DNA from: a virus
IMG/VR virus record: IMGVR_UViG_3300042545_001167
Span: 52,710-116,709 of that record
DNA: 64,000 nucleotides
Reading direction: 5' to 3' (one strand)
Of the stretch, positions 48,258 to 56,046 are shown piece after piece. The position numbers and the translations under genes were made by a program. Numbering within the stretch: position 1 is the first letter of the stretch; the number at the start of each line of letters is the position of its first letter. The notes under the pieces were generated by a model. That model did no database searches. It had not been told where the DNA came from and worked only from the letters and a program-made list of their open reading frames with translations.

Positions 48258-48329
48258 CTCCCCCGACAAGATTCGAACTTGTGACCTGGAAATTAACAGT
48301 TTCTCGCGCTACCGCTGCGCCACAGGGGA
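48258..48329 (-). tRNA. tRNA-Asn (GTT)
   Basis: Cloverleaf, loop CTGTTAA. Confidence 0.92.
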
Positions 48330-48350
48330 ATAAAGAACCCGAAGGTTCAG

Positions 48351-48422
48351 AGCGGAGTATCGGAATCGAACCGACGACATCTAACTTGGAAGGATAGCGT
48401 TCTACCGCTGAACTAACTCCGC
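48351..48422 (-). tRNA. tRNA-Gly (TCC)
   Basis: Cloverleaf, loop CTTCCAA. Confidence 0.92.
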
Positions 48423-48462
48423 TTATAAGACAATCATAAACTATTTTAGTTTGATTGTCAAG

Positions 48463-48544
48463 TGTCGATGAAAGGACTTGAACCTTCACAGATTAATCTA
48501 CTGGAACCTAAACCCAGCGCGTCTACCAATTCCGCCACATCGAC
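48463..48544 (-). tRNA. tRNA-Leu (TAG)
   Basis: Long variable arm, loop TTTAGGT. Confidence 0.92.
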
Positions 48545-48639
48545 TTGATGGATTAAGTGTGATATACCTCATAAGGGTATAACAGTGACTTAACCTCTAT
48601 CACTTTTATATAGTAACAGATTCTTATGAATCTGTCAAG

Positions 48640-48713
48640 CGTCCTTTGAGAGATTCGAACTCCCGACACATAGGTTCGTAGCCTACTGCTCTGCTCCACT
48701 GAGCTAAAAGGAC
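48640..48713 (-). tRNA. tRNA-Arg (ACG)
   Basis: Cloverleaf, loop CTACGAA. Confidence 0.92.
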
Positions 48714-48716
48714 AAA

Positions 48717-48788
48717 TTCTGAGAGTAGGATTCGAACCCACGAATGGCGGGACCAAAACCCGCTGCCTTACCACTTGGCGACCTCAGA
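48717..48788 (-). tRNA. tRNA-Gln (TTG)
   Basis: Cloverleaf, loop TTTTGGT. Confidence 0.92.
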
Positions 48789-48860
48789 AGCCCTCAGTCG
48801 GATTTGAACCAACGACCTACTCATTACTAGTGAGTTGCTCTACCACTGAGCTATAAGGGC
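48789..48860 (-). tRNA. tRNA-Thr (AGT)
   Basis: Stem ACTCA/TGAGT, loop CTAGTAA. Confidence 0.9.
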
Positions 48861-48862
48861 GG

Positions 48863-48933
48863 GGTGCCGTATGGGAATTGAACCCATCTAGTCGGTTCCA
48901 CAAACCGATGCCTTACCACTAGGCTAACGACAC
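48863..48933 (-). tRNA. tRNA-His (GTG)
   Basis: Cloverleaf, loop TTGTGGA. Confidence 0.9.
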
Positions 48934-48934
48934 A

Positions 48935-49017
48935 CGGAAGATGTTGGATTCGAACCAACGGAGGTGTTACCCTCACGGTTTAGCAAACCGCTGCATTAAC
49001 CGCTCTGCCAATCTTCC
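48935..49017 (-). tRNA. tRNA-Ser (GCT)
   Basis: Long variable arm, loop TTGCTAA. Confidence 0.92.
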
Positions 49018-49019
49018 AA

Positions 49020-49092
49020 TGGAAACAACTGGACTCGAACCAGTGGTCTTTCGATTATCAGTCGAATGCTTTACCAACTAAGCTATGTTTCC
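49020..49092 (-). tRNA. tRNA-Ile (GAT)
   Basis: Cloverleaf, loop CTGATAA. Confidence 0.93.
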
Positions 49093-49096
49093 ATAG

Positions 49097-49168
49097 TATT
49101 CCTAACGGGATTCGAACCCGTGCTGCCACCTTGAAAGGGTGGTGACCTAACCGCTAGTCGATAGGAAC
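49097..49168 (-). tRNA. tRNA-Glu (TTC)
   Basis: Cloverleaf, loop CTTTCAA. Confidence 0.92.
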
Positions 49169-49235
49169 TTGATATGAAGGCAGGTGCGGTATCTCCTTTC
49201 GGTTCCCATGCTCCTTTTTCTTTCCTTACCTTCAA

Positions 49236-49309
49236 CGACCCATACGGGATTCGAACCCGTGATCTCCACCGTGACAGGGTGGCGTGATAGACCGCTACAC
49301 TAATGGGTC
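49236..49309 (-). tRNA. tRNA-Asp (GTC)
   Basis: Cloverleaf, loop CTGTCAC. Confidence 0.93.
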
Positions 49310-49313
49310 AAGG

Positions 49314-49395
49314 TGGGAGGAGCAGGATTCGAACCTGCGAAGGCAGAGCCGTCTGATTTACAGTCAGATTCCTTTAGCCACTCGGAAATCCTCCC
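49314..49395 (-). tRNA. tRNA-Tyr (GTA)
   Basis: Long variable arm, loop CTGTAAA. Confidence 0.93.
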
Positions 49396-49399
49396 ACGA

Positions 49400-49472
49400 T
49401 GGGTCTGGTGGGACTCGAACCCACGGTACGCTGGTTAAAAGCCAGATGCATTCGCCGCTATGCTACAAACCC
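49400..49472 (-). tRNA. tRNA-Lys (TTT)
   Basis: Cloverleaf, loop CTTTTAA. Confidence 0.93.
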
Positions 49473-49473
49473 A

Positions 49474-49890
49474 TTAAATAAGTCCAAAGTACTGGAGTCG
49501 TTTTCTATTACCATTTCCTTTATTGAGAGCCTTATAGTTCTCAGTCAAAGAGTGGCAGTTAGGACACAATACCCTTAAGTTTTCTTCCTTATTATTGGAA
49601 CAATCACCATCAATATGGTCTATCTCCAAAGGAGATTTTCCAGTAGATGGATTTATTTTATTCCAACCACAAGAAGAGCACTGATGATTGTTTTTTTCTA
49701 AAAGATATTCCCTAACACCAGATTTAAGTCTGTATCCAGCTTTAACACCAGTATTAGGATTTTCTTTCCAATCATCAATAACTTTTTTCTGCTGATACTT
49801 TTGTTGGCATTTGTTAGAGCAATACTTACCAGTCTTTTGGGATGGTCTGAAAGAAACCTCAATGCCACAAGTCAAACAGTTGGACTTCAT
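49474..49890 (-). CDS. HNH homing endonuclease at the head of the tRNA array
   Basis: CLTC..YCSNKC; CSSCG...LEIDHIDGD..NN..ENLRVLCPNCH. Confidence 0.9.
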   Translation of the reverse strand: MKSNCLTCGIEVSFRPSQKTGKYCSNKCQQKYQQKKVIDDWKENPNTGVKAGYRLKSGVREYLLEKNNHQCSSCGWNKINPSTGKSPLEIDHIDGDCSNNKEENLRVLCPNCHSLTENYKALNKGNGNRKRLQYFGLI

Positions 49891-50075
49891 TTTAGTTAGG
49901 TTAGAGTAGTTGTTATTATTTATTTTACTCTAACTTTACCAAAATGTAAAGTTATGATATAGGATAAATATTCGGTTGTCGATGTGCTGGTGGTCTCTCA
50001 ACCACCCTTTAAGAATACCACCGTTTGGTCTCTGGGGGGAGATTGGTGGGCACTTAGGAAACTGTCACAGGCAAT

Positions 50076-50109
50076 AAAAAAGAGGAGGAAACTTTTGGTT
50101 TCTCTCCCC
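50076..50109 (-). terminator. Intrinsic terminator of the putative attenuator
   Basis: GGGGAGAGAAAC-CAAAA-GTTTCCTCCTC-TTTTTT. Confidence 0.8.
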
Positions 50110-50135
50110 TGTCTTTTGCTTTTATGGATTACATC

Positions 50136-50234
50136 TTACATATGTCTTTCCATATTCGCAAACAGGGGAGTTCCCTCAATATGCCAATAGCGGCAATCAA
50201 GAGTACTAATCTGTTTGTTCATTTGGAAAGACAT
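50136..50234 (-). CDS. Putative attenuator leader peptide (32 aa; not in ORF track)
   Basis: MSFQMNKQISTLDCRYWHIEGTPLFANMERHM; AGG RBS-like; TATAAATA late promoter at 50256-50263. Confidence 0.65.
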   Translation of the reverse strand: MSFQMNKQISTLDCRYWHIEGTPLFANMERHM

Positions 50235-50288
50235 TGTTTTCGACCTAAGTGTGTTTATTTATAAGACTTTTTTTGTTAAAAAGTCTAA

Positions 50289-50362
50289 CGCCTCAGGTTG
50301 GATTCGAACCAACGGCTAACCGCTTAGAAGGCGGATACTCTAGTCCACTGAGTTACTGAGGC
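50289..50362 (-). tRNA. tRNA-Arg (TCT)
   Basis: Cloverleaf, loop CTTCTAA. Confidence 0.93.
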
Positions 50363-50367
50363 ATAAA

Positions 50368-50432
50368 GTAGGTTCCTATCGCCGCCACTCCTGAACCTAC
50401 CGAAGGGGAGTGCCGCAGTTGATTTCTCAACT
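50368..50432 (-). ncRNA. Unnamed compact hairpin + pseudoknot RNA 5' of tRNA-Arg
   Basis: AGTTGA-GAAA-TCAACT; CACTCC/GGAGTG stem whose loop GTAGGTTC pairs with downstream GAACCTAC. Confidence 0.6.
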
Positions 50433-50443
50433 CTGATATTATA

Positions 50444-50845
50444 CTACTGCTTGGGGCAGTCGTCAACCCATGGAGCACAGATTCTCATTTCACCTCCCAA
50501 CAATCTTGATTCTCCAGTTTGGATTTCAGTATTGATAGGTTTCTCTGAGTATCGTGGTGAAGGTATTCTAACCTTTCCATCGTCTCCTGTCAAGCGTTCA
50601 TACTCTGCTATTGCTGCATCAACATCACGCTTGATTCTTCTTTCAAGTTTCTTATCATCCTTAATCACAAACTCATTAAGTATTGTGCCTGGAAAATATT
50701 TTCTTTGAATTTCGTCTAGTAAGTCCCAAAGACCAGTCTCAGAAACTCCTGTACATTGTGAGAGTGCTGCAATAATAGAAGATAATATTATACCGATTAT
50801 TGCGTATTGTTTTATATCTGGTTTCTTTTTTCCAAATTTAAACAT
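50444..50845 (-). CDS. Hypothetical membrane-anchored protein
   Basis: 133 aa, N-terminal TM; TAAATA upstream. Confidence 0.6.
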   Translation of the reverse strand: MFKFGKKKPDIKQYAIIGIILSSIIAALSQCTGVSETGLWDLLDEIQRKYFPGTILNEFVIKDDKKLERRIKRDVDAAIAEYERLTGDDGKVRIPSPRYSEKPINTEIQTGESRLLGGEMRICAPWVDDCPKQ

Positions 50846-50891
50846 AAGAAAGGGGAGGTCTGCAGCACTCCCCTCTATTTATTCTATTGTA

Positions 50892-51524
50892 TTAAACTTC
50901 TACCGGAATCAGTCTGGAAGCATAATCATGAGCATACGAAGTACGAGCACCATGATGCCCCCAACCAATCCAACTATACGCATAGTCCATGTAACTATTG
51001 ATAGACTTACCAGGAATTTTCATCCTGTCTTCAATTCGTTTCCATTGAACTTCAGTCGTTAGATAACGAAGTTGCGTTGGAAGTGCTGATGGAGAACCAC
51101 CATACCTCTTAGCAAAATCACCCAATCCATAATAACGATCGGCAGATGTCCATTGAATCAGTCCGTAACCACGGCCGCAGTTACTCCAACTGGTTCTACT
51201 ACCACCTTCACAAATGTTAGGAACAAAAGTTGATTCCTGACGAATGTTACCCATGATGGTAGCAAGGGCGTTTCTGTCTTTAATACCACGATCCTGGAAG
51301 TACGCCAGGGTAGCATTCTCATGTTCATTACACCCTTTACAAATTAGCCTTTTCTCTTTTGGCTTTTCGGGAGCAACCTCTTTGGTCGCTGTCGTAGTTT
51401 CAAACTCCTTAATAACAGAAAACGGCACTGGAGGTGTCGTCAGAGGAGGAAATACCGGCAGTGTTGCCATATTGGTTGTAACCGATGCCAGAAGAGGCAG
51501 GGCTACAGTAAAGAATTGTTGCAT
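50892..51524 (-). CDS. Secreted phage tail lysozyme-family cell-wall hydrolase
   Basis: Signal-like MQQFFTVALPLLAS; ALATIMGNIRQESTF, GYGLIQWTS. Confidence 0.8.
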   Translation of the reverse strand: MQQFFTVALPLLASVTTNMATLPVFPPLTTPPVPFSVIKEFETTTATKEVAPEKPKEKRLICKGCNEHENATLAYFQDRGIKDRNALATIMGNIRQESTFVPNICEGGSRTSWSNCGRGYGLIQWTSADRYYGLGDFAKRYGGSPSALPTQLRYLTTEVQWKRIEDRMKIPGKSINSYMDYAYSWIGWGHHGARTSYAHDYASRLIPVEV

Positions 51525-51655
51525 TAATTTTAATTGAACTCTACATCCGTATAGAAAGGGGGTACACCACTTCTCTCGAAGGGCACTTTCCACGGCTCTA
51601 ATTGTCACTCAAAGTCTCATAATAAAAAAAGATTCACATAGTTGTGAATCTTAAC

Positions 51656-51684
51656 ATTATAAGTTTTTATTTAGATTTTGTCAA
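51656..51684 (-). promoter_or_regulatory. Consensus sigma70 promoter with embedded late TAAATA
   Basis: TTGACA-AAATCTAAATAAAAACT-TATAAT. Confidence 0.8.
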
Positions 51685-51854
51685 TCTTCTGGTTCCAATG
51701 AGACAATTTCAAGTTCATCACCTTCAGGTTCAATCCATTCATAAAACTCTGCAAGAATAGCACGAGCATTCTCTTCAGAAAGATTTCTATCTGCTGCCCT
51801 CTCAAGAGACCACTCCCTCACATGTGCGACGATATCTTCAGTCGTTGTTTCCAT
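51681..51854 (-). CDS. Hypothetical acidic protein
   Basis: METTTEDIVAHVREWSLER...; start chosen at end of upstream gene. Confidence 0.5.
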   Translation of the reverse strand: METTTEDIVAHVREWSLERAADRNLSEENARAILAEFYEWIEPEGDELEIVSLEPED

Positions 51855-52281
51855 AATAATCTTTTCGGAAGTACCTGTTGAGGATATTGCTATTGTAGTA
51901 TCTTGGAGTTCCGTCGTCAAGTCCTTCTGCGAGGACATTATTTCCGAAGAGTTGTCTTGTCTCTTCGAAGTTTGTTTTGCCCTTTGTTTTATGTAATGAT
52001 ACGATAGTTCTACTAAAATTTTCTCTGCCAAATTTGATAATGTCTTCTTTAAGTTCCGGACAAGACCCATAGTATTTTTTCCAATCTGATTCTGATTTTA
52101 CTTTTCGTTTTTTCCCTTTAGGAGTTCTAAACTGCCAGAAATATTTCCTACCAATATATTTCCTGTTATTAAGATTATTCTGGATAAGATAAACAAAACC
52201 AAAAAAATCTTGTATATCATCCGAAATAAAAGGTTTTCCATTATAAACCCAAGGATTTTCATAGTCAATATCTATACTCAT
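51838..52281 (-). CDS. GIY-YIG family nuclease-like protein
   Basis: GFVYLIQN...KYIGRK...YYGS...E...YYN. Confidence 0.8.
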   Translation of the reverse strand: MSIDIDYENPWVYNGKPFISDDIQDFFGFVYLIQNNLNNRKYIGRKYFWQFRTPKGKKRKVKSESDWKKYYGSCPELKEDIIKFGRENFSRTIVSLHKTKGKTNFEETRQLFGNNVLAEGLDDGTPRYYNSNILNRYFRKDYYGNND

Positions 52282-52577
52282 TAACAATATCAAGAACTTC
52301 GTTAAGATATTTATTAGCAAGTCCTTTCATATCCATTTCAGGACGGATATGTTCTTTGTGAAGTTTGTCTTTTAATTTTAAGACACGAACCTTTAGTTCA
52401 TCTTTCGTAAGTTGATTTTTAGGCATAAAAAAAGGAGGATTAACCTCCCCTATCTATGCAACATCATTACTATTTGTTCCTTTCCAAACATAAGAGTAAT
52501 CATAATCACCAAATAAAAAAAGATCTGTTTCCGCAGCATCTTTATATGCGTTCAGGATTTCCTGCTCACACCATTCA

Positions 52578-53768
52578 TCATAGTTTGAATCCTGAGAAAG
52601 TATTTTTGGTAACATCCTGCTTAATGCCCCCTACAACATAAGATTCTACTTCAGTTTCCTGTGGAGCAACCTGAAGACCTTTGGAAGAAATCCAGTGTTG
52701 AGTCCAAGGAAGTGGATTATTATTAGCTGAGATATCATATTGTGGTTTTAGACCAATCGCTTTAAGTCTACGATTTGCAATCCATTCAACATATTGCTGA
52801 AGAAGTTTATCATTAAGTCCAATCATGCTTCCATCTTTGAACAGATAATCTGCCCATTTCTTTTCTTCATTTACCGCACGATCAAACATTTTATAGACCC
52901 ACTCTTCTTCTTCTTTTGCAATTTGTTGCATTTCAGGATCATCACCTTCTCTCCACTTATTCAGAATATTCTGAGTAAGTGCTAGGTGTTGATTTTCGTC
53001 TCTTGCGATGAGACTAATGATTTTAGCGGATCCTTCCATAAGCTTAAGTTCACCAAAGGCGAAACTACAAGCAAAACTAACGTAGAAGCGAATACCTTCA
53101 AGAATATTAACGTTTGCGACTGCTCTGTAAAGTTTTCGTTTGACATCATTGATTGTTTCTTTTGCGTATGAGACTCCCTCAAGTCTGTGCATCCAAGTAT
53201 CAGATACACCATACTGTTGTGCTGATTGAATAAAGTCATCATAAGACTCTGTAACGCTCTTAGCACGCTCTAGAATGCGGTTGTCGTTGATGATAGTATC
53301 AAATACCTCTGAAGGGTCCGAATAGATGTTTTTAATGATATAGGTATAGGAACGACTATGAATCATTTCCATAAAACCCCACACTTCCATACATGCTTCC
53401 AATTCAGGAAGTGAGCAATATGGAAGAAATGCCATACCAGGACCACGACCCTGAACACTATCAAGCATGATCTGATACTTCAGATTGGAAGTATAGATAT
53501 GCTTCTGTTCAGGACGAAGAGTTTGATAATCTCCACGATCCTTCTGGAGAGATACCTCTTCAGGTCTCCAGAAGTATCCTAGCTGCTGAGTTGTAAGTTT
53601 TTCAAAGATAGGATATTTGTATGAATCATATCTTTGAACTCCAAGAGGAGCACCAAAGAACATTGGTTGTTTTTTTCTATCAATGTTCTCGGTATTAAAA
53701 ACTGTCATTCCTTTGATTTGGGTTGGATTTTCTTCAACTGAAGAAATTTTAAACTGCACAGGATTCAC
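52578..53768 (-). CDS. nrdB: Ribonucleotide reductase class Ia beta subunit
   Basis: FWRPEEV, LDSVQG, EMIHSRSY, LEGIRFYVSF, RDENQH, APQETE. Confidence 0.97.
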   Translation of the reverse strand: MNPVQFKISSVEENPTQIKGMTVFNTENIDRKKQPMFFGAPLGVQRYDSYKYPIFEKLTTQQLGYFWRPEEVSLQKDRGDYQTLRPEQKHIYTSNLKYQIMLDSVQGRGPGMAFLPYCSLPELEACMEVWGFMEMIHSRSYTYIIKNIYSDPSEVFDTIINDNRILERAKSVTESYDDFIQSAQQYGVSDTWMHRLEGVSYAKETINDVKRKLYRAVANVNILEGIRFYVSFACSFAFGELKLMEGSAKIISLIARDENQHLALTQNILNKWREGDDPEMQQIAKEEEEWVYKMFDRAVNEEKKWADYLFKDGSMIGLNDKLLQQYVEWIANRRLKAIGLKPQYDISANNNPLPWTQHWISSKGLQVAPQETEVESYVVGGIKQDVTKNTFSGFKL

Positions 53769-56046
53769 ACTCTCCCTCCTCTACTGAACTTAATTCGTTA
53801 ATCAAATCTTGCAAATTGGGTTTCTCTTCAACTACCTCATCAGTCTTAATATCATAAGTGTTTTGGTAGTAAGAAGTTTTCCACCCGTACTTGTATGTAG
53901 TCAAAAAGTCATTTGCCATCACTGACACAGGAACTTCATTGTCGGCATAATTTTCTGGATTATAAGACCAGTTTCCAGAAATCGCTTGATCAAAGAATTT
54001 CTGCATAACGGCAACAACATTAATATAACCAGTATTGCTAGGCATATCCCAAAGAAGCGTATAATTGTTCTTAAGAGTTGCATACTGAGGAACGATTTGC
54101 TTAAGAGGCCCCTTCTTTGACTTTTTAATGGACAGGTATCCACGAGGAGGTTCGATTCCATTAGTTGCGTTTGACACAACGGAACTGCTCTCCGATGGCA
54201 TCTGTGCGGACAATGTTGAGTGCCTGAGACCGTGTTCCAGGATAGATGCTCTAAGAGTTTCCCAATCATGCTGAAGTGGAATAGAAGAGATTTCGTCTAC
54301 ATCAGTTTTGTATGTGTCAATAGGAAGAATACCATCCGCATATTTTGTACGACCAAAGTATTCACAATGACCCTTCTCTTTAGCAACTTGATTAGATGCT
54401 TTCAGTAGATAATATTGGAAAGATTCAGAAAGTCCATGAACTGCATCCCATGCTTCTTGAGAATCATATTTGAACCCAAGTTTTGCCAAATAATGGGCAA
54501 GACCAATATAACCAATACCAAGAGAACGACGTGCCTTGGTGCCGATTTCTGCAGCAATTACGGGGTATTTTTGATAGTCAATCAACTCATCCAATCCACG
54601 AACAGAAAGATCGCAAAGTTCTTCTAGTTCTTCATCAGACTTCACTTTACCAACATTGATGGCAGAAAGAATACAGAGAGCAATTTCCCCATTAGGGTCA
54701 TCAATATGCTGAAGAGGATAAGTTGGTAGAGTAATTTCTTGACATAGATTGCTCATCTCAACCTTATCCTTAAAGGAAGAGTGAGAGTTGCAATGGTCAA
54801 TATTCATAATGTAGATACGACCCGTTTCAGCACGTTCTTTGAGGAGACTAAGAATGAGTTCCTGTGCCTTAACAGTTTTCGACGGAATGGACGAATTGTT
54901 TTCGTATTCAACATATAAATCGTCAAACTTGTCTGTTCCGAAAGAATCATAAAGTCCAGGTACATCGTGCGGAGAGAAAAGTGTAATCTCACCGTCCTGA
55001 ATAAATCTTTCATAGAACAGTTTGCTAATTTGAATTGAGTAGTCCAGTTTACGGACACGATTATCTTCAGTACCTTTATTGTTCTTAAGAACTAGGATGT
55101 CTTGGATTTCTTGGTGCCAGATTGGGAAGTGGACAGTTGCTGATCCACCTCGGATGCCATTTTGAGTGCAGCATCGGACAGTTGCTTCAAACTTCTTGAG
55201 GAAAGGGACAACACCTGTGTGCTGAACTTCTCCGCCTCTGATTTTAGCGTTGATGCCACGGATTCTGCCTGCGTTGATACCGATTCCTGCCCTTTGTGCA
55301 ACATAGCGACCAATAGCCATATCGCTACTAAAGATACTATCGAGGGAGTCATCAACATCAACAAGAACACAGCTCGCAAATTGTCGAAGTGGAGTTCGCA
55401 CTCCTGCCATGATAGGTGTGGGAATGTTGATTTTGTGCTTTGAGATTGCGTCATAATACTTCTTGACGTAAGAGAGTCTTGTTTCTTTTGGATATTCGGC
55501 AAAGATAGTAAGAGCAATCATTGCATACATGAACTGGGGAGTTTCATATACACCACCAGCACTCCTATCCTGCACAAGATACTTATCAACTACCTGACGA
55601 AGACCTGCATAGGTGAAAAGAAAATCGCGATCATGGTCAATAAAACTATTTACTTTATCAATTTCTTCTTTAGAATATTTGTTAAAGATTTCATTATCAT
55701 ACACTTCTTGATTTACACAAACATAGATATGATGCTCTAGATGCGGTAGTTCCAACATCTTTCCATAGAGTTGCTTACGAACTGCAAAAAGGAGCAGACG
55801 AGCAGCAACATATTGATAGTTAGGATGATCCAAATCAATCAAATCACTAGCACTACGAATCAAAATTTCTTGAATCTCTCCAGTACTGATTCCATCATAA
55901 AACTGAATGCCCGATGTCATCTCAACTTGACTCGCAGAGACGCCTGCAAGACCCTTACACGCCTCTTCAACCATCAAGTGCATCTTGTCTAGGTCAAGAG
56001 ACTCAATTCGTCCATCACGCTTTTTAACTTTGGTGCCGTTGGTCAT
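53749..56046 (-). CDS. nrdA: Ribonucleotide reductase class Ia alpha subunit
   Basis: ATP cone, PTPIMAG, SNLCQEI, MPSESSS, KTSYY, CESC. Confidence 0.98.
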   Translation of the reverse strand: MTNGTKVKKRDGRIESLDLDKMHLMVEEACKGLAGVSASQVEMTSGIQFYDGISTGEIQEILIRSASDLIDLDHPNYQYVAARLLLFAVRKQLYGKMLELPHLEHHIYVCVNQEVYDNEIFNKYSKEEIDKVNSFIDHDRDFLFTYAGLRQVVDKYLVQDRSAGGVYETPQFMYAMIALTIFAEYPKETRLSYVKKYYDAISKHKINIPTPIMAGVRTPLRQFASCVLVDVDDSLDSIFSSDMAIGRYVAQRAGIGINAGRIRGINAKIRGGEVQHTGVVPFLKKFEATVRCCTQNGIRGGSATVHFPIWHQEIQDILVLKNNKGTEDNRVRKLDYSIQISKLFYERFIQDGEITLFSPHDVPGLYDSFGTDKFDDLYVEYENNSSIPSKTVKAQELILSLLKERAETGRIYIMNIDHCNSHSSFKDKVEMSNLCQEITLPTYPLQHIDDPNGEIALCILSAINVGKVKSDEELEELCDLSVRGLDELIDYQKYPVIAAEIGTKARRSLGIGYIGLAHYLAKLGFKYDSQEAWDAVHGLSESFQYYLLKASNQVAKEKGHCEYFGRTKYADGILPIDTYKTDVDEISSIPLQHDWETLRASILEHGLRHSTLSAQMPSESSSVVSNATNGIEPPRGYLSIKKSKKGPLKQIVPQYATLKNNYTLLWDMPSNTGYINVVAVMQKFFDQAISGNWSYNPENYADNEVPVSVMANDFLTTYKYGWKTSYYQNTYDIKTDEVVEEKPNLQDLINELSSVEEGECESCAV

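Noticed and set aside
47087-49481. ORFs overlapping tRNA genes (47087-47323, 47132-47332, 48235-48489, 48553-48774, 49284-49481)
   Set aside because: Chance open frames across tRNA sequences
49984-50190. 68-aa + strand ORF
   Set aside because: Antisense to the attenuator/terminator region; no RBS or motif, against local gene orientation
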